NCBI GenBank assembly: GCA_030704615.1 | Contig: CM060732.1 | Coordinates: 15,066,001 to 15,130,000 of the forward strand | DNA length: 64,000 bases | Source: Takakia lepidozioides | Lineage: Eukaryota > Plantae > Bryophyta | Reading direction: 5' to 3' | Shown: one piece after another, positions 51,761 to 64,000 of the stretch | Numbering within the stretch: position 1 is the first letter of the stretch | Layout: every line of letters begins with the position of its first letter | Program-made: the position numbers and the translations under genes | Notes under the pieces: model-generated | The model's database searches: none | Seen by the model: only the letters and a program-made list of their open reading frames with translations | Told to the model about the DNA's origin: nothing

Positions 51761-51904
51761 TGCATGCTCTGTGGGTCTGCCAAAGGGGCAGCCACCATGC
51801 TGGTGTGTGATTGATGCTCAAGGGGTTGGCATATGGGATGTTTGACACCACCTCTTGAGAAGGTTCCTGACGGAGATTGGTTGTGTCCACACTGCTTGGG
51901 ATAG
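51761..51904 (+). pseudogene. PHD finger at the C-terminus of element B pol
   Basis: CMLC...[32 protein letters not shown] is a C4HC3 pattern with the typical P..VP.GDW.C..C tail; one in-frame TGA. Confidence 0.92.
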
Positions 51905-52164
51905 TGGCAGTGGACATGACTGGAGGCAGCTAACAAGACATGGGAGGCCAAGCTCATAGGAGTCAATACATGAGATCCCAAGCTCAAGTTCCCAGGTTGC
52001 AAGACGACGACTAACGATGGGGCAACTCTTGCACCCGGCCTCTTGATCTATCGAGTTTGAGTGTAGTAGGGATAGTGGTGGAAGACTTAGTGAGGCTATG
52101 GTCACTATCACATCTTGTGGCTACCTGGACTTAGAGGGACCTAAGCACTAGCTAGGGGGGCGAT

Positions 52165-52851
52165 TGTGTGGACTAGTAACTGCCATAGTGGGCAGCATAG
52201 TGGCAGCCTAGTGACTGACTAGTTGTAGCCTAGTGGTTGGACTAGTGGGTGGACTAGTGATGGACTAGTGATATACTAGTGTGTGGCGTGCACATGTGTT
52301 GTGTGGTTTTGGACAGCGATGTAGTTGTGTAGCGATATGTATGCGCACGACAGCTGTCAAGTTATTTTACCACTAGTGTGAAACTAGCTAGGAAATAGCT
52401 AGCTTTTACATATTGATATTTGGGATTGGCCCAAGTGTCAATCCAGGGGTCAAGGCAGATTTAGGCCCTGGAGTGGTTATCTTCACGGCAAGCGCGGGAG
52501 GCTCATCTTTCTCGAGTTGAGCCTCACCGCGCCTAGTTATGGCGCCGTAGTGTGGATTCCCCATGGCGTGGGGTGCACTTGGCTTGACTTGTATTTGAGT
52601 GATGAGGTTATATGTGCATGAGTTTATGCTTCAGATTTGTGAGCTCGTGCTTGTATTCTTCTTCTTTATCATTGTGTGGACTAGTAACTGCCATAGTGGG
52701 CAGCATAGTGGCAGCCTAGTGACTGACTAGTTGTAGCCTAGTGGTTGGACTAGTGATGGACTAGTGATATACTAGTGTGTGGCGTGCACATGTGTTGTGT
52801 GGTTTTGGACAGCGATGTAGTTGTGTAGCGATATGTATGCGCACGACAACA
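52165..52851 (+). repeat. Two direct copies of a ~180-190-bp LTR-like repeat (52165-52352 and 52673-52851) separated by the 317-bp segment
   Basis: Both copies run TGTGTGGACTAGTAACTGCC...GCGCACGACA; the first directly follows the PPT of element B. Confidence 0.85.
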
Positions 52852-53952
52852 CTTTTGGAGAAACAATCAGATACCAGACCTTATGCATACATTGCTGGTT
52901 AGGATTGGTCGATTGGGGTTATCTGCCCTTATGCTGTCAACTAAGGATTGAATTCGAGAGCTATTTTCGCCACTCCATAGCAAGGCTTTTTCATGTAGAA
53001 GCCATTCTCACACACAGGGATAGGGGGCACAGGTGTTGGCTGTGGCTCATAGACATTCTGTTGTGGTTCGTTTTGGTGCCTTTCTGGCCTCATCCACACA
53101 AGAGATGAGAATTATGAAGAAGAGACTACACTCTCCACCAAATTGCCATGCACATCCTTTCTCTCCTCTTCCAAAAACACTGTTCCAAGGCGGAGGTCGA
53201 ACCGCACGCAGAATTACTGCTCGGATCCATTCTTGCTGGGGATTTTGGCTTTCGAAGTATGGGGAGGACAGTACACGACAGGTCACTTGTTAGCGTCCAT
53301 GGCGACAACAGAACGATGCTTACGCGTACAATACAAGTGCAGCAAAGGCATGGGATAGTCTTCAGCCCATCCAAGAGGCCAGCTAGAGCACGATCACACA
53401 CCAACCATGGAGAAGAGTCATAAGTGCAAGACATAATGACCCCTCTCCTCGAAGACTCTATAGCTCTCTCTCTCTCTCTGAAATTGCGGAGAACCTGCAA
53501 GAAAGGAAAGGTCATGATACAAATTAACTACAAAGACACAAGGAAAAGAGAGAAATGGGGCACAAGAGTGAGGCAATCCGTGAGGATTTGCTAAACTAAC
53601 CTTTTGATTTCATCAATCAGTGTACGCATAATTCTGAGCTCAAAAAACTATACCCGCTCGTATGCAAGACTCCCCCAAAGGAGACAGTGTGACCTCATAC
53701 TTCATACTTGAATAGACAAATAGTGAAGGCTTCTTCACACTGTAAGGGCAGACCTCTCTGAGATCATACCCCACAGCCTATAGGGGGCATATGCCTGAGC
53801 AGGAAATGCAGATGCTACTGCGTCAGAATCTGTATTCAATTGCACTCTCTCTGATGGAGGCCTATTCTCTGAGCGTTCAGCACAAGTAGACCACTTTGCC
53901 AAATTTGTAGGCTAAACTTGGCCCTGATGGCCCTGATAAACTTGGCATTGTG

Positions 53953-55153
53953 ATCCTGATACTTAATCTTGTTATCCCATGTGGAGCTACATGGGATAAC
54001 ACACCAGTTTCCCCTGTTCTTTTCCTTGTTTGTTAAGGTAAATGGAGCTCATGGGGCAAACACTCTAGTTTACCTGTTACTTTCCCATGTTGTTCAGATG
54101 TCAGAGGAAAGGTCACGGGGAAAAGAAAAATCTCCTTTTACAACTCTTCCCACACAAGACAAACGTACATCATTCCCTGTTGCTACACAGGGAACGTTCC
54201 GAAAGCTCCTTGTGAATTGGCTTCCCTGCACTGATCGAGGGCATGCAGGTGCTCTAATTAAGGAAACAACCAACGAGCTAATGAAGGGTCGTGGGGGAGG
54301 CTCATACGTCGCCATGATAAACTGAAGAGACAGGAGCCCTCTTCTCATCAGGGCCTCGGCTCCGAATCGTACCTTGGATTAGACTCGATGGACACCAAGA
54401 AGGTAGCCCTTATTTGAGAAGGATGGCAACGGCGTAGAATCCATGGTCGACAAGAGTTGCGTCGAGTGCGTCACATGTCCCTCATCTGATCGTACTCTAC
54501 TCCAGTTTTGGTAACGCACAGAGATATCCCCGAGGTCCTCCTCCTTTCACTCTTGGCTTACTTTTGCTTAGTCTGGTGGATTACAGCACTGTCTCCATTC
54601 CCTGGGTTTAAAGTACCAGAGTAAGTACCCATATCGCAGAAATCAGACCCGTGACACTGATCATGCTAACCAGTATTATTCACCTTGCTTTAGCGTTCAA
54701 CTTTGCTGGTGATACCAATTGCAAGATCTATTCTTAATCTGATCTAGCAGAAGAGCTGCAATTTTACCACTGTTGTGTATTGTCACTAAGAAACAACGAA
54801 CTGGCATTGCTTAGCCATGTTTATTCATCCAGTCTTCAGATTTGAATATCCAGAGTGTTTGGTTGAGGACAGCAAAGTTATGGCACAAGGAGCTTTCGAA
54901 CGTTCCCTGTGTAGCAACAGGGAACGATGTACGTTTGTCTTGTGTGGGAAGAGTTGTAAAAGGAGATCTTTCTTTCCCCGTGACCTTTCCTCTGACATCT
55001 GAACAATAGGCCGGGAAAGTAACAGGACAACTAGCGTGTTTGCCCGATGAGCTCCATTTACCTCAAATAAAGGGGAAAAAAAACAGGCGAAACTAGTGTC
55101 TTATTCCCATGAGCTCCACTTACCTCAACAGAAGGGGAAATTAAGTATCAGGA
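53953..55153. mobile_element. Long-TIR fold-back element (Mutator-like?), arms ~260 bp
   Basis: 53953-54214 is the diverged reverse complement of 54883-55153, e.g. CAGATGTCAGAGGAAAGGTCACGGGG / CCCCGTGACCTTTCCTCTGACATCTG. No TSD seen. Confidence 0.65.
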
Positions 55154-56403
55154 AAACTGGTACACCGGGAACCTTTCCTCTGTAGAATGAGGGAACTTGG
55201 TCACTAATTCCTGTGAGAAGACTGCTACATCGCTGGAGAACAGGAGCTTCTGTGACATTTTATAATTAATCACAACTTGACTTGGATTGAGTGTAGTCAC
55301 AGGAAGGAAATGAGGAGCTCAATTAAGCCTTCAAACTGTGTTCCGGAACACGGGCGGTACCATGAAAGTGTTCTTTCTTTCTAGACCTATCCTATGTGAT
55401 TCCTACCATTATTGCAATCTCGCACAGAGATTTATAATTTTGGAATCGTGACAAACAAACGAGAAACAAACACGATAACACATTTGCTCATGATGACAAG
55501 CTGTCCTGCTTCTTAACTTCCAGGCTCTACGTTGGCTGCAGAGGCTAATGCTCTTGAAAAGACGAATTTCCTGAAGTGCATCCAGGTTTGTCAAAAGATA
55601 CTTGAGGATAATCAGGAGGGTCCACAGAACCTGTCCTCATACCATCTGGCTAAGTCAAATTTGAGGCAGCTCCAGATCAACATGACACATTTGCAGTGTG
55701 ATATTTACAAAGCTCCCATGATGTTTAGATTAGGAGGAAGGAATCCATAACAAGAGGATCAGCATGCACACTCCCTTGCCCGTCCAATTTACTCTCCTTC
55801 CCCAATTTTTTAGTGCCAAACAGTTTTGAAGTAAGGGAAGATGCTGGAGGCGCCTCATCAGTGATAGGGATGGACAATGGAGGAGCCTCTTCAGCAGCAG
55901 AGGAAGATGGAGGGGACACTTTGTCAACAACAGTCGGTGCAGGTGGAGGTGCCTCAACAGCAGGAGGCTCGGTAACAGGAGAGGCCTTGCGCCGCTTTTC
56001 AATTGGCTTGGAAGCTCTATGAACGTGGATTCACCGAATCTATTTCATTTTGGTTCCCAGATCTCTATCAGATGACACCTCTCTTTCTGGCTCCTCCCTG
56101 CCATGGACATGGTGAAGCCTCTACTAAGTGAGCTGCAAAACTAGTTAGGGAAAAACATAAGAACTTGGGTCAGAACCTGTCATCCAAAGCAGGTCAATAC
56201 TACTTTCAGTACCTGTCCAAACCAAACAACTTGGCCCAACTCATGAGATAATGAGTAAAAGGTTGATCAAATAGCTATGGACAATTCCATGACCAACAAA
56301 GATGTTAAAATATAGCCTACCTGACTGGGGGAGACGACATTGAGTACCATATCCAACCATTGAGAACGATATCCCTTTTCACGCGCAAGGATCCTTGGGA
56401 TCT

Positions 56404-56506
56404 GGATTGGTGCAGTGCTGGTAGTAGAGATCAATGTAATCCACATCCAGCCTCTACAAGCTGGCCTCACAAGCTTGACATACATACTCTAGGTCCCCTC
56501 AAACTG
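56404..56506 (-). pseudogene. Aldo-keto reductase gene fragment
   Basis: V*GDLEYVCQACEASL*RLDVDYIDLYYQH matches the plant AKR motif GDPEYVR.ACEASLKRL.VD.IDLYYQH; two stops. Confidence 0.8.
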
Positions 56507-57709
56507 TGACGTTCTAGGCTTCGTCCACAACACTACTAGAAAGAATGTTTTCTCATACTCTAATGAGATAGTCTCATCACAGTACAACCAGAGCATAGAA
56601 CCAGGTGGGCTAGCTGCTCTCCTCAGTCAAATCACTTCAATAAGTCTAACAGTTTGAAGCAAATCAACTGTCAGCAAGCTCTCTGGTACTGGGACATACA
56701 AGCACACTAGCATGATGCTACAACCTCCTCCACTCCACGGGCTTTCCATCTAGAAACTTGGTCGCGCGGAAGTTAGGCATAACTTTCAGAATCTTGTGCC
56801 AAGAGATCCTCGGTCTGAATAGATGCTACGAACCTATTTGAACGAGGCCCCAAGTGGTTGCAACTTACTTATTTTGACACTACCAACCAAATGCTCTTGT
56901 TCTTCCACGTCAGACCCTCCTAAGAATGAGTCCCTCTCTATAGAAGGATCAGGTTGGGTCACATCCCACACTACCCCACAAGAGAAAGGGTCTCCAACTG
57001 CCCATTGATTCTTTTTTAGAATAGGCTCCCCATCCTCCAGCAAATGCAGTCTTGATTTTATGTCCTCAAATTCATAAGCGACGATAAACTCGTTACGCCA
57101 TTGTCTTGATCCCGAGCATACAGGGAAAGCCATGAATTTCTGCCTTAAATGTTGTACCGGCCTCTACAGGAATAGAGTGTAGCCAAGGGAGTCTAACCCT
57201 CAACCTTTCAGGTGTACTCTAACTTCCTAGCCAGCAAGTCCATACTCAATTATTGAAAGTGTAGCTGGTATACTAACTACTTAACCTGAAACCAGACCGT
57301 AGATTATTATGGTGTCGATTCACCCAGATTTTATTGCACGACTTCCTGTTTTACCAATCTTTGCAGTCTTTGGGCGCTTGGTTTTCTATGTAACTTGCAC
57401 CTTGCGCGGATGCGAAGTGGGCTTGGCTATGCTAGTTTCTGTAAAACCATTCGTGCTTTTACTTGTAACCGGTGTCGATAGACACACTTCAGACAGTATA
57501 ATATGATATATGTTTCACTGGGCAAACAGTACCCTTATACATCTACAATTCAGACAAGATACACATCGTATTGATCGTGGAAACCGCACAGATTGATATG
57601 GAAAGTTGCGGCCGTGGATCTACTGGCGGTTTGATATCTAAGTATATTGGCAGAGGGCGAGTGGTCTGAAAAAATTATTATTGGGCAAGTCACTAAGTCC
57701 TGTGGTTAA

Positions 57710-58682
57710 CCCTTAAACGCCCAGTGCCATAGTTTGACTTTTTTCAGAAAACATGACCCCTTAAGTGAAAAAAAGGTGTAACTTTCAGAAAATTAATTTT
57801 TTAAAGAACTTGACCGCACATTAGGTGCGTACCTTCCTCCTGCATCCACCTGCCGAATTTGAGGCCAATCAGCCCCAGATCCACAAAATGCCACCGTTGA
57901 ATGTGGGCCCCACTATTGGGGCCCTTTTGAGAAACATATCCATTTTTGGTAATTTTTTAAAGATTTGAGTGACGGGATCAAATGGGATTGAGGCGAAATT
58001 AGCAGGGTTTCATCCTCTTGAGATCCCTCATCCAACAAGCCAAAAAGTATCCAATTTGGCCAATGCATGTGATGTTGCCACTTGGTCAAACCTGGGAAAA
58101 TCCCATGTTTCTCTCCCTCTCTCACACGTGTGAAGAATGAAACAACGAGAATTACCTTTATCAAATCGTGAACCCCCCCCCCTTGCGTGATGAGACCTCT
58201 TTGCAACTTGGCAGATCCAAGGCAATCGGGCAATGAATCTTGGTGTGCCAGGTGCCCAAGAACACTATATTTTTTTTTCACACAATTCCATGGAGAATGC
58301 AAAAAGTTATTGAGGCGAAATTAGCAGGGTTTCATCCTCTTGAGATCCCTCATCCAACAAGCCAAAAAGTATCCAATTTGGCCAATGCATGTGATGTTGC
58401 CACTTGGTCAAACCTGGGAAAATCCCATGTTTCTCTCCCTCTCTCACACATGTGAAGAATGAAACAACGAGAATTACCTTTATCAAATCGTGACCCCCCT
58501 GCTTGCGTGATGAGACCTCTTTGCAACTTGGCAGATCCAAGGCAATCGGGCAATGAATCTTGGTGTGCCAGGTGCCCAAGAACACTTAATTTTTTTTTCA
58601 CACAATTCCATGGAGAATGCAAAAAGTTATTCAGATTTTCTTAAACCCAAAAGCCCGAAACGGGCTACTGGGCGTTTAAGGG
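57710..58682. mobile_element. piggyBac-like non-autonomous element, 973 bp
   Basis: Perfect 16-bp TIRs CCCTTAAACGCCCAGT / ACTGGGCGTTTAAGGG, flanked by TTAA on both sides (57706-57709 and 58683-58686); internal ~320-bp tandem duplication (57987-58630). Confidence 0.85.
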
Positions 58683-59049
58683 TTAATGTCTTGTCACGGC
58701 AACAAGCTAAACTCCCGTGAGACAATCACATGGTAGAATGACAGGTGTGTCAAAGGCAGGAGCAACAGCCAATGTGATACTCGCTCCCAATGATGTGGAC
58801 ACGGTTTTCTCACGACTCTCAAGTCAATGGACTTCCTAACATGCTTATGGATGAGGCTCTGCAGAATCAGTGATCTTGGATATGACCGAGTCCCAAACTC
58901 TGTTAGCGTGTACTGCCTGCTTTAAAAATTAATATCTCCTAATCTAGGCAATCATTACTAGAACTACAAGGTTCTAGTGTGGTAGGAATCGAACTTCTTG
59001 CTAACGTACAACAAAACCATGCAGTGTGCCAACAGGAGATGCATCATAA

Positions 59050-59540
59050 GGAGAATTGGATTGCAAGTGATCCGGAGGCTACTTCAACCACGCAAGCTAG
59101 CCCCGAGAAAGGTAGCTATGTCGTCATGACCCGACAGCAAAGAGATACGCTAGGTAAAGGACCTTGGTATGTGGCGCCGGAGTCAACAACATCCGCGAGC
59201 AAGATGATCTGGACTTCATAGTAATGAAGTCAGATGCACGGGAGGTTACATAGACCGTACTTCGAGAAGATGACGACATACAACCGAAGGAGAATGAGGT
59301 AGCATATGCAGAGGTGGAGCCCTTGGTGATAAACCCAACGTCCTCCTTCCCACCCGCGGCAAGATCAAAGGTTCCGGCATTTCGACCGTTAGCACCGACA
59401 AGTTTGCCCAAAAGAAAAAACATCATCGACCATGCAAGTCACGGACGAGATAGAGCCCTACAACTTCATGGAGGATTCGTGTCACATTCAGGCAAACATC
59501 ACTTTTGCTCAACTCATTCTGTATCCCCAGAGGAGCTCAA
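59050..59540 (+). mobile_element. Degraded Gypsy gag-protease linker remnant
   Basis: VVMTRQQ and QANITFAQLIL resemble AVTRTQ and ITIGQLL in elements A and C. Confidence 0.4.
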
Positions 59541-62500
59541 CGCTGCAAGTTCACCTTAAGATCAGTCCATATAATTGAAGAGGGGTCATGCAACATACAT
59601 GAAAATGGCACGAATAAAGGAGTGTTAGGTGCGTAAGGGTGGTTACCTTGCGACTATTGTGCTTCAATTTGTGGGCATTGCAAGGGTTTGTACCTGGAGA
59701 AGAAGAGTGGGTTACCGTGGGTGATGACTGATGGGGGACAACTGGTTGTGGCTGCTGGTCTTGAGCAGCAAGGTGCTTCAGGGGTGTGTGTAGTTGATTC
59801 AGTTGAGTAATGGAATGCCAGTTGAAATTGAGAGAACATCTGCGGCATGCTCACTGGGAATCAGTGGGTGGTGATAGTTCTTTATGAGTGTTACAGTACT
59901 GCAGTAGTCGTCTATGCATAAAGAAGAAGGAGAAGAAACAGGGTTGGGGGGATGGGTGCTTGAGTGCGAGATGGTCTTGGTGTGATTGGGGACGCATGTG
60001 AAGCCTCCTCTGGTACCCTTGCCATAGCCCTGTTGGCGGCAGCAGCGCGTGGCGTGAGGCCATTATCATAATTGTGGCACCATCTGGGGAGGGTTGTCCA
60101 GTCTGGGTGCCCCTTTCTACAAGTGTGTAGCAGCCCGTAAGGTCTTATATGCCAATCAAGTCATCACTTCGGGGGAAGACGACCATGTATTAAAGTATCT
60201 TTTGTTGCCTGGAGATAACAAACGTCTTACATTGCCAGCTTGCGAGCTCAGTATGATGGTGTGCCCCATCGCATAATTGTAGGCACTGGCTGTTAAGAAC
60301 AAGGGCCGCTGACAAGTGAGGGCCGCAGCCGCTGTGCAATAAGGGTAAATTTGCTTGCAGAGACGCTTGAGTAGCTTACTACATGGGAGGGCGTTCCCAT
60401 GGACTGCGGGCCCTTGTACCAGCCAGAGATCACGAGGGGTAGGGGTAGAAGGGTGCTCCACTTGCCAACATCGAACGCGCCAAGCCACAGGGGAAGGTAG
60501 AGTTCGATGGGAGCATAACTGACTTGGTACCAACACGGGGAGCCGAGAACCCACCAGGGAGGGCCAAGTATGTGTTGTTGTAAACCTTGATCCGGGGAGG
60601 TGCAGATAGAGTAATCAACTGGGCAGTGGGCCTGCCCAAAAGGGGGCAGGCACATACCTTCTTATCAAAAAGCTGGTTTCCTTGACGTAATGGTGTTCAT
60701 CCCGCTGCAGCGCCGGGAGAATAGTCAGGGCCTTCCGCCTACTAGGGGCCGTGTTGGGGGAGTAAAGCCATTGGGGGCATTGTGAGGGCATCTTTAAGGC
60801 ACACAATTGGGACGAGAACGTTCCCCTACCTGCTAAGAGCGGGGTGCATTCCAGCTTGTTGAGCATTAGAGCCCGTCTGAGCTGCAATTGCAGACGCCAT
60901 GGGGTCTCCGATCCTTCACATGGGGGGCTGCCGTAGTGCATATGATGATGGAAACGTCGTTGCGTGAAAGCCTTGAATCTGATGCTGGGATCTGTTTGTT
61001 GTGGCCTCGGTGTACTCGCCATGCAGGTTGTACGCTGGGGGCGTCGCATACCACATCGCCAGTCGCCATGAGGTTTTCATGGTGTAGATGTGCTTGCCCA
61101 TTGGGAATGCGGTGCGCGCAGACCTGTTTAGTGTTGGGGCCTGCCTTTTGCCATGTCTGATGCTCTCTACCATACCCCAAACCACTGGCTCCCTGGCTTT
61201 ATCAAATCTTACCCATCTCTGCCTTGTTATACTTGCCTCCTTCATAATAGAACTACCTGCCCTCTCACAAATGTACAGCTCTTCCAGTATCAGGCAATGC
61301 CCTGTTAGCATGTCTCCCCCCTTTAATCTGTATGACAAAGCCCCGCTCCATAATGTAACACCTCATATTTGCTCCGCACTGACTGTACACCGATTTAACC
61401 CTCATTTCTGTTTTACATGCTCTTTCCCAAACATGGACTATCAAACATCTTCGTCCTCCTCTCAACAAGCAATGTGGACAAAGTGGCCATTTCTCTTTCT
61501 ATCAATTCCAAGCTTGTGCTACTCTCTTCAAGCAATTCCACACAAATACTTTTACTCCATGATTTACTCCATTACAATTATCATTGTCACGCCGTCACTC
61601 ACCACTTCGTGAATACATATTATCCATTTTCTACTCACTTCATCCCACAAAACTCATCCTACCACAGACTATATGTGTCAAGAAAATAACACTATCTATT
61701 CATCCTCGCCACCTCATCCCCAAATTTTTCTACAGCGAACCACCTCCCTCTCCCTTCTTATCTACTAATTCACCCATTATCTACTGCCCCCAAGGTAGCA
61801 CCTCCTCACACTAGCTCTATGCTCCCTCATAACACCTCACTCCACACGCTACGCTCCTTCGCAAACTCCAATGTTATGACCACCCCGAATCCCACTCCAA
61901 CATATTTTCAAACAATGTGTACATCCCTACCAGCCACATCTTTACACGTTACAACATCCGTACCATATCCAGGCAGCGTATGGTATTCCTGCCATAGCAC
62001 CTGATTACACATTCCAAACCCTCGAGGAACTATTCCACTCAACACTTTCCCATCTTCACACAATACCACCTTTGTATAAACCTCGGATATCCTATGTACA
62101 TCTGTCACCATACTCGATTATACACCTCAAGCCCCAGGCAGACCGTTTTACCCAATACCTTCGCCTCATTTAATCAAACTCTCTATCCATGATAATGACC
62201 GGCTTGCTCATTCCCTGACTACAGTGCCGGCGCTCGTTACTTCGCCGCTCCATAAGCCCACAGACATATTACACAGCGCAGCTATGGTCCCTGACGGAGC
62301 ATCACCTCCACCACACACAAAGCTTCAGCCCCATAAATTCTTTCCACACCCTATAACCACCCAGCCGTCACTCGGGCACAAGTGGATAATGGCCACCATC
62401 AACACTCCTCGTTGTTCTCTCTGTCAGCATCACAGCAACCGTCCCGGCCACCCCAGCACCACCCCTACAAATAAATTGCAATCGCCACCTACAGCTTCAC

Positions 62501-62787
62501 GCACTCCACTCACAATTCTACTCTCTCCTTGCTCCCACCGCTCCTACACTATCCACCTCCATCTCCATTCTCACGGTAGTTTAATCTCCTATACATCCAC
62601 TTCCTCTTCTCACATCTCACCCGCTAGCTTTCAATCACGTATGTCTTGCTCAAAGTTAAGTAGCATTCAGAAAAGTGCTGGCAGTATTCAGAAACAACCC
62701 CGCCCCCAAACTAGCATAGTCACTCATAGAAAAAGGTCAAACACGCGCTCAGAGTCTATCCCTTGTTCTACTCCAAGGAAACACCAC

Positions 62788-64000
62788 ATGGACAGTGACG
62801 ACGACGACATGGAGCATCTCCCCAAAGAAGAGGTGGCCGCCAGTGACATGCACCTTTCCGAAGAACAATTCTTTGCTGCAGCCACCATGACCACTCCACA
62901 CAAAGCCCTTCCAAGGCCAACAGCAGACAGGTGCCCGAGCGCCTAGCAGTCAACACATCACCAACATCAAGAACTCCCGGGCATCTACGCACACCACATC
63001 CCGCCACACTCACCGCACCAGCCGAGCTTGGCACCCAACCTACGTACTAAAAGAACTGCAAGCGAGTTCAGCAGTGAAGCTGGGAGCAGCCACTCCGACC
63101 CCAAAAAATCTCGATGTCCCACTGCACAAGGCCTTCTCCAACTGATGGACACCTCAAGCCCACAAGACTTGCCACTACTTTGGCTGGGATATCAAGCACA
63201 TGAACAGCATGCGGTAGACTCAGGCCACCCATTCATCACGGAGGAGCGTTCATCTTTTGAACTTCAACGACTGGACCTCTGTGTTTCTGAGATCCACAAA
63301 ATGAGGCATTGCACTTGAAGTCTTACCCGCACGTCCCTCAGTTATTTTTCCCAGTAGTAGGACCTGATGGGTGAGAAGGCCAGCTCTTCCCGCTCACACA
63401 ACTGCCCAAGGGAACCCAAGTTGACCCTTTATCTGGCCTCCCGATCTTGCCCCCACATATCTTGATACAATTTGACAAGGACACAGATATGCCCAAGGAA
63501 CAAGCCTTGTACCGTGCGCGCAAGCGCTTTGAGGAAATGAACATCCCCTTAGGGAGCATTCTCTACTCCCCACTCACAGCATACACAAAGCATGGAAGCA
63601 AGACCTGGATGGGGCTCCTCAAGGTAGAACTGCTCCGACCCACCATCGGTGGTGTGGCACTCTTGCAAGGAAATCGAGCCTTCATGATGGAAATGGCCTC
63701 TGGTGCATCAATGCAGGGAAAAATTGAAAAGGCATTTGACCTGCCTGCTTTGTCCGACCATCTATCGCTCTACATAACAAGCGAGTCTCTGTTGGGGACG
63801 ACTAGCGATAAGCTAACCAGGCATATCATCATGGAAACATTTCTTCACGGTGATGAATTTGAATAATGCACGTTTACAAAGTTGGTCCCGACACGAAGTT
63901 TTGTTTCATCTACATGGTTGCAGAGGACACAAGGCAACGTCTGCTGGTACAGGGTATGCGGGTTAATCATACGCTGATCGAACCAGTGATGCGCACTCGC
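62788..64000 (+). pseudogene. Disrupted ORF, possibly LINE ORF1-like, running off the window
   Basis: Low-complexity N-terminus followed by a globular region (WMGLLKVELLRP...LLQGNRAF.ME...GKIEKAFD), behind a 1.3-kb C-rich, G-poor leader. Stops and frameshifts present; the family call is tentative. Confidence 0.35.

Larger units (their letters stand above)
32360..52352 (+). mobile_element. Ty3/Gypsy element B (gag-PR-DNMT-RT-RH-INT-PHD); 5' LTR not found; interrupted by element C
   Basis: gag-like 32377-33300; protease-like LDSRAQ at ~34000; RT 36000-37060 (MCGDYRPVN, LDLRSGYHQ, FGLKNAP, YIDDIIIFS); RNase H from 49894 (LHTDWS, EGECLA, TDHQPL); integrase 50630-51500 (HAHEELGH...CMVC, SLDFAGP, TDQGREF, AERVVQT); PPT AGGGGGG at 52154-52160; LTR-like repeat from 52165. 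Confidence 0.92.

Noticed and set aside
59800-61400. Possible decayed LINE ORF2 on the minus strand
   Set aside because: Looks coding-like, but no RT or endonuclease motif could be identified.

Overview
Eukaryotic, intron-rich plant-type DNA; a non-seed streptophyte such as a bryophyte, lycophyte, fern or charophyte is inferred, not proven. The first ~11.5 kb holds two intact minus-strand host genes: F-actin capping protein beta (8 coding exons) and 40S ribosomal protein S12 (4 coding exons). The rest is a nested transposon island. Main points: (1) a Ty3/Gypsy element on + carries a DNMT3-like C5-cytosine methyltransferase between protease and RT, plus a PHD finger after integrase; it is split by a complete 12.8-kb Gypsy element with a CAGGG target-site duplication. 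(2) A disrupted, spliced gene on - (~24.3-29.9 kb) joins a ParB/Srx-like domain to a beta-class N6A/N4C-methyltransferase-like domain. It is accompanied by two arrays of GGCGCC-centred palindromes, one intronic and one at 18-19.6 kb, which gives a speculative ParB/parS-like arrangement. (3) An unnamed conserved domain occurs in the 3' extra ORFs of two different Gypsy families. (4) There are two triplets of structured hairpins at 11.7-13.4 kb, a TTAA-flanked piggyBac-like non-autonomous element, a CACTA insertion, and Copia and LINE remnants. No rRNA, tRNA or CRISPR array was found. All domain calls come from motif recognition by eye; no searches were run.
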